A DNA stretch of 64,000 bases from Lama guanicoe (lineage: Eukaryota), in NCBI GenBank assembly GCA_013239625.1, contig MU053758.1, positions 1,364,001 through 1,428,000 of the forward strand, read 5' to 3'. The notes beneath the pieces are model-generated. The model was not told where the DNA came from. It saw nothing but the letters and a program-made list of their open reading frames with translations, and did no database searches. This document shows positions 23,479-37,435 of the stretch, one piece after another (position 1 is the stretch's first letter; each line of letters starts with the position of its first letter). Made by a program: the position numbers and the translations under genes.

Positions 23479-25029
23479 CAAGGTCTGAACTCTGACTTTC
23501 AGGAAGCATTCCCATACCCCACCCCCAGGAGAACGTGTTACACTAGTCTGCTAGATGGCCCCATAATGCCAGATTTCAAATATACTTTAATTTAAAGTTA
23601 TTTATTTATCCTTCCTCAGTATTCCTAAATTACCAACCGAAAACAATCCTTCTCATGTCTCAGCAACTGGTTTCTTAAAGAACCCTGATTCTGCCTGCCT
23701 TCATTAGAGCTCTTTCTATAGTAAAGGTGAATGATTGTGAGCTCCCTTGTGTTAAATGGATACAAACTCTTATTAAATAAACATATTAGTATAAAATCTT
23801 AAAGGCATGCCATGACATGAAGATGTCAAGGTATCTGTCATAAAATTTTCAGAACCCCTATTTTCCCCATACCTTTATGGAATAGACAAAAAAACAAACA
23901 AACAAAAAACAAACCAAGCATGCCATAGCATATACAAAAAAACCCCACATGATTTCTCGTACACAGGTTCACAGAATATTAAGAATGAGAAGAGACCGTA
24001 ATGTCATTTAGTTGAAAGGTAAAACCAAAATATAATTTTTATGTTATTAGAAAAGAAACTCTTGTACAAGATAGGTACTTGAAGCAGTATATTTTGTGAT
24101 GCAGTTTCTTATATAAAGTTTATAATATATTTTTCAAAACATTCTAATCATTTATATAGGATTTGTTTCAAATACTAAAATACCAGAAATCAGATTTGCA
24201 ATTCTGATCCACTTGGGATCAGAAAAGTATTCTGATTAAAGGTAGAAGTATTAAAAAAGCACATCCCATTCCTATCCTGTTTGTCTCCCTAAGTGTGGAT
24301 CTTTTAATGAATGGGCTTTTTAGGTCTGATAGATGATTTGGGTATTTATGCATATTCTGCATGATTTATTTGATGGTAATAAGTAAAATCAGCTCCCTCC
24401 ATCTCTAATGCAACCAGACTGTCAGATTATTTCTTAGATTTGTAAATGCATGGACAGGGACTGCAGATAGCACTGGTTCCACAGATCATTGCCATTATAA
24501 GGACATGGAAAGTTTTACCTATATTTTTTCTAAGCCAGAGTTTAATTACATGCCAACCACCCTGGGAAATTATAGAGGCTATAAAGGCAAATGAATTAAT
24601 TCCCTGTCCATTCATAAGAGGCACTGGCATAGTCCAACCCTTGAGATGCCTAATCATCTCTCTCTTTTCTAAGCACAGAAACAAACCTTTTGTTTAAAAT
24701 GGTTTTAAACCCATGTAAGTTTACATTGAAGGGAGAAATTTTAAGAACTTGACTTTTTAATCAAAATGAACATTTCAGTATTAAAATGTAAGATGCATAA
24801 ACTTGTGAGAAAAAAAGTGAAAAAATTAGATGACTTTTGGCATTTTTATTGGTAGTACACACGAACAGATAAGATTTCTCCCATAGTTTCCTAATATTTG
24901 CATGTCTGCAATATGCATATCTGCATGTATTTCTTTTGCCAGGACTTTCTTTTTAACTAGTTAAGCTCATACTCTGTGTCAATCCAAGTTCAAAAGCAGA
25001 AAATGAGAGCCCTTTCCAAATTGACTCAC

Positions 25030-25086
25030 CTTTAGCATAATGTCCAAGGTAGTGCCATCACCGTGCTTCAAAACAGTCAGATAGAC
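25030..25086 (-). CDS. NPEPPS: NPEPPS exon 19 (57 nt)
   Basis: gtag|GTCTAT...CTAAAG|gtgagt; VYLTVLKHGDGTTLDIMLK. Confidence 0.95.
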
Positions 25087-25531
25087 CTACAAGGGAATAC
25101 AGGAACAAAAAAGAAGGCATCTGGATAAATGTATCACATTCCGAATATTCTAATGTTAAGAAAAGACAGAAAGCAATTTTAAAAAGTTGTAAATAGTTGC
25201 ATGTGGATGTTACATACAAATTGTGGCAAGGATCTAAGAGGCCACGTGAACAACCAGAAAGGCAGGTGACAGGTAGTAAGTAACAGCAGAGCATACCAGT
25301 CTCTCAGGAGAATGTGCCCAGATAATCAATTCCCTTTCAGCACCACAGTGCAGACTGACAAACTGTAAACAAGTGAGAAGCTGGCTACAGACCCCCTAAA
25401 TGGCATATATTAAAATAGAGTCAGACATGATTTGTGGGTCAGTACTGAGGTCATTTTTTTTTCTTACTATTAACTACATTCCACACTACACAGTCACCCA
25501 GAAATCACGGTACTTTATTATGAAAACCTAC

Positions 25532-25674
25532 TGGACTCCTCAGATCAGCGGAGAGAATCTGTTTGCCTTCCACATGGTCTTTAAACCGACGACGGGCTTC
25601 TTCTAACGTTGCCTTATGTCCTGCTTTTCCTAGTTTACCCAGAACCAAGCCCCTTAGGAGTGCATCTAGATGAC
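25532..25674 (-). CDS. NPEPPS: NPEPPS exon 18 (143 nt)
   Basis: tcag|GTCATC...AGTCCA|gtaggt; (G)HLDALLRGLVLGKLGKAGHKATLEEARRRFKDHVEGKQILSADLRSP. Confidence 0.95.
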
Positions 25675-26069
25675 CTGATTAAGAAGAGATACAAAACTAC
25701 TTTAAAAGCTTATTTTTACAAATATGCCACCTGGATATTTTATAATTGTGTTATACCACGTCCACAATCTTGAACAAGCATAACCACTTGCCTTAGTACT
25801 TGAGAGAACACTTGATGTAAATTTATCAAGTCATAAGAATGAAATAAAGTGCTTAAAAGACCAGATGAGCAAATATGCTGACTCTATCTGGATTTATTAA
25901 ATGTTCACTCTATCTAGGTAATTACTAAGAATTATCTGTGAAAGGAACTGGCTTAGATCATGCAGTTTTGAGCGAAGATTCAGAGAAAAGTCACATACAG
26001 AACTAGTATGCTGGATATATTAATTTGAAATCTTTGATGTTTTTAAACCAAAATATGATGGATTACTCC

Positions 26070-27258
26070 TAAGATATGCAAATGTTCAATATGCACATGA
26101 AACCAGTATCACTGGCTATTAGGGAAATGCACATCAAAACCACAATAAGATACTGCTTCACATCTTTTAAGATGTCTAGGATAAAAAAGACAGACAATAA
26201 TAAATGTTGACAACCCTCATACATTGCTGGTAGGAATGTAAAATGGCATGGCCACTTTGAAAAACAGTCCAAACAGTCGTCCAGCAACTCCTCAAAAGGT
26301 TAAACACAGAGCTCCCATATGACTCATCAATTCTACTCTTAGGTATATACCCAAGAGAAATGAAAGCATATGTCTACACAAAAACTTGTATTAAAAATGC
26401 TTATAACAGTATTCATAATAGTAAAAAAGTAGAAACATTCCAAACAGACATAAACTGATGAGTGAACTAAGAAAATGTGGTATATCCATTCAATACAATG
26501 GAATATTATTTGAGTGTAAAAAGGAATTAAGTACTGATACATGCTGCAATATGGATAAACCTTGAAAACATAAGTGAAAGAAGCCAAATACAAAAGGCCA
26601 CAAAGGGCATGATTCCATTTATATGAAATGTCCAGACAATGAGACAGTAGATTCGTGGTTGCCTGGGACTGAGGATGCCAGGGAATAGGGAGCGTCTGCT
26701 AATGGGCATGGAATTTCTTTTAAGGGTAAAGAAAGTTTTCTGGAATTAGATAATGGTGATAGTTGTGCAACACTGTGAAAAAAAAGATTGAACTATATAC
26801 TTTAAATGGGTGCATTTTATGGTATATTGATCATATCTTTTAAAAAAGTTAACACTCACGCACCGACTGACGGATTGCAGTAGCACAATGGACAAATAAA
26901 TTGTGGTATATTCATACAATGAAATACTACTTAGTAATAAAAAGGAGTGAACAACCTAGGTGTAGCTTTAGAACATTATACTGAGTGAGAGAAGCCAGAT
27001 ATAAGAACAGAATATATATTATGATTTATATAAAGTTCTAGAAGAGACTATATTAATCTAGGGTGAAAGAAGTCAGAATAGTGTTTGCCTGTGGTGGGGG
27101 GCAGGAGATTAGAGGGATGGGTAGAGTGCCAGGGATTGACTGGGAAGGGGCCTGAGGCAACCTCCTGTGGTGATGGAAATGTTGTATGCATTTGTCAAAG
27201 GTCACTGAACGGAACATTTAAACTGTGCACTTTGCTATATTTAAATCGTAATAAAAAA
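26070..27258 (+). mobile_element. L1 3' fragments (L1MB then L1ME-like)
   Basis: attagggaaatgcacatcaaaaccacaat, ggtatatacccaagagaaatgaaa, caatggaatattatt. Confidence 0.85.
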
Positions 27259-27281
27259 ACAAGTTTAAGAAAACCACAGGA

Positions 27282-27399
27282 GGGGAGAGGGCACAGCTCA
27301 GTGGTAGAGTGCAGTGCTTAGTGTGCATGACATTCTGGGTTCAATCCCTGGTACCTCCATTAACATTTTTTTTAAATTAAAAAAATTTTTAAAAAAAGA
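27282..27399 (+). mobile_element. tRNA-Ala-derived SINE
   Basis: TSD aagaaaaccacagga at 27267-27281 and 27400-27414. Confidence 0.9.
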
Positions 27400-27639
27400 A
27401 AGAAAACCACAGGAGATCAACAGATAACACAACTAGACACTAGTGAAGGTTTTTAGCAGAACCAATTTATAATTCTGATACTGATTTGCTGTGTTGATAC
27501 AGGCAGTATTTTTATTATTTTGCTATGTTTGATTCTTTCATCTGTAAAGCTAGGACATTCTTCCTATTTCATAAAGGTGTTTTTAAGCCCACAAAGTTTT
27601 ATATATTATCATCATGAAAGAAGAATGCATCCACCAGTT

Positions 27640-29010
27640 TACCTGCATCTGTGCCATATGCTTCCTGTCTGCTGTGTTCCTACCTAAAGTCAACTCCTCC
27701 ACTTGTGCAGTAGATCCCAACTCCTCTCAGTTATCCAGCCATCACACCAGCAATTACCTTTCTCTTTCGCATCATGAATTTTTCTATTACTATTGCATCA
27801 TTTTCATCAGCACAAAAACATGTTATAAAATCTCTCACCTTAAAAAAAAAATGCCTCCTTGACCCCACATCTCTCTCCTTACTATCTCCTTTTATCTGAT
27901 CCTTTTTTCAGCAACTCTTTAAAAAAGTTCTCTAAATATGCTGCCTCCTTTTTCCTGTCCTCCCACTCCAGAGAATCCACTGTTGTTCTTCACCACTCCA
28001 TAGAACTTGGCAAATGCAATCATCTGTTCTCCATCATTCTATCTGACTTAAAGTAGCATTTGTCACAGTTCATCACTTCTCCCCTTCTACTGCTCTTTTA
28101 AGGCTTCTAGGACACCCTTCTCCCTCCTGACTCTCTCACCTCACTGGCCATCCTGATTCTCTCACCTCACTGGCCATCCAGACTCTCTCACCTCACTGGC
28201 CAATCTCCCTTGCTGATTCTCCTCTTCCACCCAATCTCTAAATGCTGGACTTACCTTAGGATCCAGTCCTCACACCTCTTTTCTCCACCTACACTCAAGA
28301 CCTAGGTGATCTCATCCAATCCTATGGCTGTAAATATCATCTATACACTTAATTTATTTATTCAGCCTGCTCCTCTAGGCATGATACTCTCCACTTGGAT
28401 GTCTAAAAGGAACTCAAATGTAGTATGTCCAAAACCAAACTCCTGATTCTCTTTTGCACCCAAACTTCCTTCTACAGCAGTCTTCCCCATTCCTGTATAT
28501 GATTATTCTTTAGCTTTTTCAGGCCAAAGTTTGATGACTCCCTTTTCTCTCCATCACAGTCAGGCCACCACCAAATATTTTCAATTCTACCTTCAAAACA
28601 TACCCAGAGTTTACTACCAACAAGTGCTAGTCGCAACCAGCACCTTATGTGTATTACCTCAGGTCTTTTATGTTTGTTGTTTCCTGTTTGGACCATTTTC
28701 CCCCTAGATATCCTCATAGCTCTCTCTTTCAGGTCTCTTTCTTATGCTCAAGTATCACTTGTGTTTCCCTGTCCACTTCTCTATGAAATAGTGGCTTACT
28801 ACTCCTTCTACTCTTAACCTACCTTGCCTAACTTTAATTCTTCTTCATGATACTGGCTGCCACCTAAAATATTATCTACTGAATTGTTTGCTGTGTCTTC
28901 CATCAGAATGTAAGCCACACAGGGCAATTTTTTTGTTCACTGCTGTACCACCAGTTCCTGGCATATAACCTGGTATTTAATGGGTGCATAAATATTTGTT
29001 GAATCAATCA
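27640..29010 (+). mobile_element. L2 fragment
   Basis: ggtgatctcatcca, ccacttggatgtcta, ends aaatatttgttgaatcaat. Confidence 0.75.
28125..28202. repeat. 26-bp tandem repeat x3
   Basis: tcc(t/a)ga(c/t)tctctcacctcactggcca repeated three times. Confidence 0.9.
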
Positions 29011-29644
29011 AAGAAAGACATAGAGCTCTAGATAATTGTTACTATTGTTCTTATTGCAAAAAGACTCCCAGAACAAGACTGGGCAGGAGGAAACACCACC
29101 TTTAGTTATTAGCATACAGTAGAAAATAATTATCTTTAAAGCCCTGAAATCACTGTTCTCAATATTTAAATGGCAGCAAAAGAATAAATATATGATTACA
29201 GAAATAAAGAGGTGAGAACAACATATGCAGAAAGCAAATACTTCCTTAATTCAGAAAACTGTTCTCTGTGTTTCTCAGTACTTTTTCAAGTTATATATAA
29301 GGCGCCCAGTATTTATGGTAACAATAAAAAAAAAATCCAAAGTTCTCTTTAGCTTTTCTTTACTATCAAAGGGCTTTTAAACTCTGTAGAACACTTTTAC
29401 TTCTACCATTTGCTCTGTGCATAAGTCATATTTAGCAATGAATATACATAACCACCGTTTTTATGTTGGTGACTCATGTAACTTCTCCAGGAGGCTTAAA
29501 AGACCTAAAGCTTAATTTCTAGTTAGCTGAATATACAGTAACCATAGCAGATGCAAAGATGATGCTCTTGTTAGTGTCAACCACAGCTGAGTGAAAAAGG
29601 ACCAATTTCTAATCAATTCTTTCCCCATTCAGTACATCCATTAC

Positions 29645-29864
29645 CTTCTCCAGGTTTGGGGTCCCAGCCCAGTCTCTCCCCTATAGGTGAAAAGACATCT
29701 TTCACAAACTCCTGGATCTCCTCATAGAAGTCTGTGTGGGACAAGAGAGTTGAGAGAATCCCCAGGTTACAGCTCAGGTCGCTCCATACAGTATAATTGG
29801 GCTCATTCACAAAAGCCTCCATGACTTTTAGAACCTCTACAGTGCTAATGATTCCAGCTCGAGC
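29645..29864 (-). CDS. NPEPPS: NPEPPS exon 17 (220 nt)
   Basis: cccag|GCTCGA...GAAG|gtaatg; ARAGIISTVEVLKVMEAFVNEPNY...WDPKPGE; overlaps ORF 29613..29822. Confidence 0.97.
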
Positions 29865-31125
29865 CTGGGATAGGAAAAAACATAAATTAATCTAGTCTTC
29901 AAACAAAAACAAAAGACACAAGCATGCATTTTTGGCATTATCTTCTGCTAGTTAGTCATCCCTTTGGTTTAAGGAAGAGACTAGACTACATAAGCTCAGA
30001 ACACTATAGAATTTTACAAAATAAAAATCGTATCATGACAACATTCCTTATTTACTTTTTCACTATTTGTAAAAGAGCCACTTTAAAAAAACATGTTAAA
30101 ATTCCACCAATTTAGAAAGAACAAAAAGAAAACAGTCAACTTCCTATTTCTATTCAATTTCTGGGGTCTTGGCATTTTCTTTTGAAAATTTTCATATTTT
30201 CAGAAAAGCTGAAAAAAATAGTTGGGGTTTTGGTTTTTGACAGAGGCGCTTTCAAAACTGGACCTGCAAACTGTGTCAACTTCAGCCTGTCCTTTACTCA
30301 TTTCTAAAAGGAAGCAAACTGGAAGGTACTACAAATTCAGTCCTTTCAGAATTAACTAACAGAGTTAGGAAAAAGAACTTCTGTTACAGCAGCCAACTGT
30401 CCAAACACACCACTCTCCTGGGTCCAAACACACCACTCTCAGCAATGAGATCAGCAGATGTGAGGTTTTGTGCATCAGTGCTAATCTGTGTTTATGCAAA
30501 GGAGGAATCCAAAACCAGTTACTGCAGAGGGGAATGAAAATTTGAAGTCCAATTAAAGAAACACTAGGAGGAGTCTGACAATTTTATCACAAAGATATCT
30601 AGAAATTATCTAACCTATGTTTTGGAGTCATAAAGATAATACTAGTAATTGCTCCTTTAAATTTTTTCTGGAACAAAGCCAAATATAAATATAACTCTAA
30701 AGCTAATGAGCTATTATAATCTGAGTAGTAATGAAAGGCAAAAAATTCTAGACTTTCCCAGCGAAGTACAACCACTATTTTAGAAAAAATGTAAATCACT
30801 CTAAATTATTTTAAAAAACCACATCAGTAGAGAAATTTCTTCAAGGTTCATATCCATTTCTATTGAAAAGAATTTTTGTCTTACAAAGGGTAGTTAAGTA
30901 TAGATGCCAAAAAAAAAGTGTAGGAATAGTGAAGTGGGATTTGTTTCTGGTAAATTATATAGGTTCAATTTTGTCATGTTAATTAATAGTCATTAGCTCT
31001 ACTCCCAAAGGCATTTAACCTGCAGGAAAAACTGTATTCTCCTAATTATATTTCAGTCAGACACTCCAGGAAAAACAGAATCCTTTAATCAACAAAATCT
31101 ATCATACTACTTGAGAGAGGCTCAC

Positions 31126-31260
31126 CAAGGAGAAGAGGTCATTTTGTAATCCAAGTCGATCCACAGGGGGCAGAGAAAGGTCACGAATGCCTGGTAATAA
31201 ACTTTCCAGCATGGCTGAACTGTATTGGGTCCGATAAAACCCAACTGTTCCCAGGTTTAA
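31126..31260 (-). CDS. NPEPPS: NPEPPS exon 16 (135 nt)
   Basis: ttag|TTAAAC...TCCTTG|gtgagc; LNLGTVGFYRTQYSSAMLESLLPGIRDLSLPPVDRLGLQNDLFSL. Confidence 0.96.
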
Positions 31261-32704
31261 CTAAAAAGATATCCAATAGGTATTATTAAACAGTTGAATT
31301 TATTTTTTTAAATCAATCTTTGTAGGTACGAAAGCTCTAGTTTTAGTATATCTGGATGAAGAATAACAAAGATCATGCATGCTAACAGACAGGGATTAAA
31401 ATGAAACAATATATACACATAGAAATCAGCTGTCAAAGATGAACACAGAAGCAAAAGAAAATAGAAACTTGACACAGTGGAAGCAAAAGCGAGCGCCAGT
31501 AGAAAGAACATGGCAGAGAGGGGAAATAATGTGGGTAAGCTTCTATTTCTAATCTCAGTAGATAGTTTTAAGTTTACGGAAAATATTTACTATATATAAA
31601 AACACTTGGACAATAAACCCTTACAGACACTGATCTATTGAGCCCAGAGTCTCAACAGAGTAACAATTGTCAGGTCCTATATTTTAAAATTACATGGACT
31701 TAAAAGGCAATTCCATATGCTTTTTGGAGAGAGGTAATCACTATCACTATTTGAGGCTATTTACCAACAGTCAAAAAAATATTTTTGGTAATGTTTATAT
31801 ATAAAATATTTTAATGACAAAATGACAGTCTGAGATATAAATATTTTACTATTTTTATATATTTAAAAATAACTTCACATTTCTAATACAATAATTATTT
31901 CATTGATTCCCTTTATCTTTTACTATAGGAATAACACCTTTATTTACCTAATTGCAATCATAGTGTACTTTTTCCTTATAAGAAAAATTTCATATTGCTA
32001 CATATGCTCCAGGTTATAATTTCAAATGGTAATATAATATTCCACTAAGAATATTTTAAAAATATATTCAAAAAATGAAAACAGAGAGAGAAATGGTTTT
32101 GCAAGCGTAGAAGTCTGAGACAATGTATAATTCCTATTAGGAACCTATAATTGAGAGAAACGTTTGTAGTAGATACTTTCATTAAGAAAGGTGGAGTACA
32201 GAATAATGAAAAATAATATTTACCCACTGGTTTTTTTGTGTGTAAAATCGCTTTAAAACACCAGCCAAAAGAATTTCATAATTCAGGGACACAAACTGAT
32301 TATTTTACACCTGACCTCATCTGATTATAGTTGTACACACATGATGACATCATCGAAGTTAACATGTCATTTCATAATGACAACAGGGCAGTTTGAAGTT
32401 TTAAGACTACAAATGTTTTGGTTAATGTGACTTTACCCATAGACTATTTTTTCCCTCTTTAATCCTATCCCTTTGTAACTGCTCATTGACTACTCCCTTA
32501 CCTGACATAAAGGCAAATATCTAGACAATACTATTTGAAAATTGGCCCTAAATTTCACACAAGAAAGTTTAGAAATGTTTTTTTCTTTGCAAGTCCTAGC
32601 CCTAATTGAAGCAGGAGAATTTAGAGCCAGTCATAAAATGCATAAAGGAAATAAAAAAAATCAATTTATGTAAAATAAAAATGGCCATGCATTTCTGGAC
32701 TCAC

Positions 32705-32844
32705 CTTCACCCACTGGTCTGGTTTGACATCTTTCAAAACCACACTCATCTCTGGTTTGTCCATTAGAATTTTCAGTTTGGCATGGTTGGGATCTTCACT
32801 AGTAGAGATTGTGATAGGAACCATCCACTGGGGACAGTCTTCTC
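32705..32844 (-). CDS. NPEPPS: NPEPPS exon 15 (140 nt)
   Basis: ttaag|GAGAAG...GTGAAG|gtgagt; (G)EDCPQWMVPITISTSEDPNHAKLKILMDKPEMSVVLKDVKPDQWVK. Confidence 0.96.
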
Positions 32845-34534
32845 CTTAAGCAAGAAAACAAATACAAAACTTGAAAAGTAACTTCTCACTGGAAGAAATG
32901 GAAGGTAAGGTAAAGAGAGAGGAATGGTGTCCTATGCATGGGCTTGAGTCTAACTGCTAAGCCAATAGTTCATTTTTAATGGCATATGAACTGTTCCAGA
33001 TAACCTGGATAATAATAAGAAAGAGAGAATTTACTAACAAAATCACAATAACCTATAAAAAAGTTTATTTACTTGTAGAATCGCAATAGAGATACTGATT
33101 TTACTTTTAAAAGAAATTCAAAGTAGGTGAAAGCTCTCACATAGCACTTAAAAACAAATTCTGAGCTATAGTCCTTAACAGGTATATACACTGCTAAAAC
33201 ACTGAAGGGTTGATTTAGACAGGATACACCTTGGGAGCTGTTGGATTCCATCACCAAGGAGGCATCTCTAAAAGCCAAAGCTTTTGTAAGGCAAATACAC
33301 ACACTCTCTTAAGTATCAGACAGCAAAATAGATTTTGCATTAAGATGCCAAACAAAAGTGAGTCATTGCCTAGTACATTAACCGACCTGTCTTAATAATA
33401 TAGCTTTATGCTACCAGGTTAAACCACAAATGGAAATTTCCCCCTGACACTGGGATATTTCAGGTTTTAATACTGCCTATACTGGTCACAGAGTATTAGA
33501 AATACCTGTAAAACCTGTCAGTCCCACAGTACAGATTGCAGGTATATGTGGAAAACAGCAACTGTGACACCACTTAGATAACAAACCTGTCATCTGACTT
33601 GTCAGATATATTTATTAAAAAAGTAATTCTTAATGCTAAGGCAGGCTAAGAGGGGAAGGCCTTACCTCTTAAACCTAGCAGAGTGCATCACACTTTGGTG
33701 GATGGAACATGAAAAGGCATTGGTGATTCTGATATGCCCCTCCCCCTGCTGAGAACTACTATTTTAAAGGAATTGAGAAAGATGGAGCAAAACATCTTAT
33801 TTCTTGATTTTTCAATTAATCTTTAATTAATGTCATGTAGAAATATTTGAGAAAGCAGAGTTGAGTGGTAGTTAAGGGTATAAACATAATTCAATCATTT
33901 TGTTTGAATTTCTACTCTTTAACTTATTATATAGGTGATCTTGGTCAATTTAACTAGCCTAGCTATGCCTCATCTCCCCCATTTGTAAAATGGAAATAAC
34001 ACTACCTACCTAATAGGGGTGCTAAGAGTATAAAATAAGGGTCAGTTATAGTACTTAGCACAATGACTGGTACATAATAAATCTAATCATTGGGCTTTAT
34101 TGTTTACCTCTTTACTAAGCCTGAGAATTAAAAAAAAAAAAAGCCACTATGTATACACTTGGTACACAAGTGCATCAAATGTACTTAGTATAGAAGTGCA
34201 TAAGACTTAATACACAAATGCATACCGAATCTTCTTTTAGGGATTAAGGCTAGAGACATTACTTATTGGGTGTTCCTATCCTTCTTGATTCATTATAATC
34301 TCCAATAGCAAACAGAGACATGGAATTTCAAAAATCTAAGAATATGTCAGTACTACAAATACCCCATGAATCTCCTTTTTTGGTTTCCTAGATTTCACTT
34401 TTATTCTATTACCACTTCCTTGTTTTTATTTAATTCTATTAAAATATTTTAAAATGGATAATTATTTATTAGTTGGAACGCTATTGGTTCCAACTAATTT
34501 ACTCGTCAGCTCCCACTTACACCCATTTGCTTAC

Positions 34535-34598
34535 CAACATATGGTCCACTGGCACAGAACTTCCTTTGAGACAACCTCAGTAATCTGTCATCTTCTAC
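34535..34598 (-). CDS. NPEPPS: NPEPPS exon 14 (64 nt)
   Basis: ttag|GTAGAA...GTTG|gtaagc; VEDDRLLRLSQRKFCASGPYV. Confidence 0.95.
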
Positions 34599-36287
34599 CT
34601 AAAGAAGCAAAACAAAACAAAGGCTATAGTAGTAGCAATAGTTTTTTTTTGGATGGGACAACTTTTCTGTGACAAAGTAGAGGTGAAACCAGTACAGCCA
34701 AATGGCTCATGAATATACAAAATGCAATGGTGATAAAGACGATGATACTACAGAATGGGAGAAAAGTCATTATTTCTCATTAAGGCCTCAAAACAACAAT
34801 ACCCTAAATAAAAGGCTAGGATCTATGTAATATTGCCCGTGAGATGAGATGTGTTCCCAGATAAGAACTTTAAAGTATTAAAGTTTTTAAAAGGGAAAAA
34901 TAGTTATTTTAACCATTATAGAGGAACCATTATAGATGTCTTTAGTCTCTTCCACTTCCAAAAAGTGGCAACATTAATTAGCATGTGGACTCAATATTCA
35001 GAATTCAAAATTCTAAATTCAGAATTCAAAGTCATTTTTAGAATGATTGACAAACATGAAAGCAGCACACACCTTGTCTCAAAGGATGAACTTTGCAATG
35101 AAACACACAAAAAAGTGGGGGGAAACTGCAAAAAACTAAAAAGCCAGAAGCAACAAAGTATGTATTTTTTCAAATACTTCAATAATATGCAATCATTCAT
35201 TTATCATTTGTTACTATGCCCTAGAACATTTTAAATAACACAAGATATAAAAGATTTAAGATCACCTAAATCAAATGTAAAATTAGGCCAATAACTTTTA
35301 TGGATAAACTGACTATAAGAGACAGAATTGAAAAACTAAAAACTGAGTGAGGAAGCAATGGCCACTTTGATGTCATAAGAAACTAGAAATGAACTAATAC
35401 TACATCACTGACTGTTATTTATCATATAAATTTCCCTGAAAAAGTTATTAGGTGACTTTTAAATTGATTCAGAAATAAAGCAAAAATATTTAAATTTAGG
35501 GAATATAAAGTGAGAAACAGGTAATAATCAAGATATGATGTTGCAGACCTTGTAAAAGAACTGAGTTGTAGACCAGCTTTTTATTGTAATGTTAAAATGG
35601 AGGATGAGTTTGGCTATGCTTGTAGACAAAAAACAATGCAAAGAGAGTAAGACCTTGAAAGTAACTTTATGGAAAAGTTAACTGAGTCTCAATAACATTG
35701 GGAGGAAGGGGGTATTAGTATTCTCTCTTCTGATTAACTTATGCTCTTAAAAGTATGCTCTACTTGAAAAAATTATGGCCTAATAGTCTGCTTTATGTAT
35801 AATCATTAAATTGTTTTAAATTTTGAGGTATTGATAGTTTTTGAGGGATAGAAATCCCCAGAAGTGAAAGCAACAATCATCTTTGTATGTTATTCTTCAT
35901 TCAGGTAAGATAAAAACCACCTGTCAGCCTACATAGTGTCAATGTCAAGTTTGGTCAGTTATCTCCTATAAAAGACTAGTCCAAAATGGAGAAAGAAGAC
36001 TAGAAAGAAAGAGAATGGTCATAATGATAGGTCACTAAAGTTTTAGATATCCTTTTCCATCAAATATGATTAATTGTGTTCCTTAAATTGCCTTTTCAAA
36101 TGCATGTAGAGGTCCTTCAATGTGTATGCTTTATTAAAAAAAATTATTTTTAATCTTAAAAATACAATCATGTTTAATGTTAAGATGTGGGTCTAATAAG
36201 TTAACTTGCAAGCACTGTAATGTACCATGTAAATTTGGGTGCATTTTGAGAGTACAAGGGTTGGTTTAAATGTCACCTAGAATTCTT

Positions 36288-36453
36288 TCTTTTTAAATTA
36301 TTTTATTTTATTTTTAAAAATTATTTTTCTTTTCTTTTTTTGGGGGGGGGATTAGGTTTACTTATTTATTTATTTTTAGAGGAGATCCTAGGGATCGAAC
36401 CCAGGACCTTACACATGCTAAGCATGCACTCTACCACTTGAGCTATACCCACC
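36288..36453 (-). mobile_element. tRNA-Ala-derived SINE
   Basis: TSD cacctagaattctt at 36274-36287 and 36454-36467. Confidence 0.92.
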
Positions 36454-37325
36454 CACCTAGAATTCTTAAAGTAGAGAAAAGCAAATTTACTAACTTAAAT
36501 TAGATTGCCACATTGTGATAAGTCTTTGTAAGACATAGTTAGCTTTATGGACAATGCAGAATCACAAGAACAAACACATACCCCCAAAAAAGAATTATGA
36601 ATCCTCCTCCCTAAAAGTGAATGGTAATAATTTCCTATGCAGCTCATAAAACCATAGCAATTTAAAAGAATAATTTCAAAATTTCATACAATTAAACTAA
36701 GTTAAGACAAACTTTCTGGTATGCCTTATAAGCTGATGTGTATTGTAATTTTCAGTCCTGCTGGAGGACAACTCATTTTGAACTACATCTCTCTGAATTC
36801 AGATTAACAGTTCAACTCTTAACAATTCTAAGCAAAATCACACTGCCACCCAAACAACATTAAAAACTAATTTTAAAGAATGGTATTATAAATGGATGTT
36901 GAATTTAAATAAATCCTTTTTCTGTATCTACTGAGGTGATTATGAGGTTCTTCTAACTTGATTCTGTTAATGCAGTGATTATGACCCAATAACATGGATT
37001 GTTGTTTTAATATTAAACCAACCTCAGGTTCCCAGAAGAAACCTCGCTTGGTGATTTTAGAAGTATATCAACAAGTTTACAGTGTTTTCCTTGGGGACAG
37101 TAAGAGCAGACAATATTTTGTTTTTTTTTACCATAAGCACGTATAATTTTAATGATGTGGGGGGCAAACTGGTTAGTATAGAGAAAATCAATCACTGAGA
37201 AAAGAGCATAAGGGTTTAAATCTTACCTAGAATACTTAGAGTACAGAAAAGCAAATTTGGTAACACTTACTAAAATTTTATATAATATAATATCAGACAA
37301 ACTGAAGGGCTTTCTATAAGTTTAC

Positions 37326-37435
37326 CTGTTCTGCTTCCACATAAATGAGAGGGAATCCCATTTGTTTGGTCCATGTATTCATCACAGCTGCTATAGGTTT
37401 ACCACTAGTATTTTCTAAACTTTCCCAGAGATCCT
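37326..37435 (-). CDS. NPEPPS: NPEPPS exon 13 (110 nt)
   Basis: tctag|AGGATC...GAACAG|gtaaac; (E)DLWESLENTSGKPIAAVMNTWTKQMGFPLIYVEAEQ. Confidence 0.96.

Noticed and set aside
24427..24697. Overlapping antiparallel ORFs (85 and 83 aa) in intron 19
   Set aside because: No homology recognised and the lengths are expected by chance. The region may be conserved non-coding DNA, but that cannot be shown from the sequence alone.
28125..30440. CRISPR-like arrays from short direct repeats
   Set aside because: Eukaryotic DNA, and the repeats are tandem with no unique spacers.
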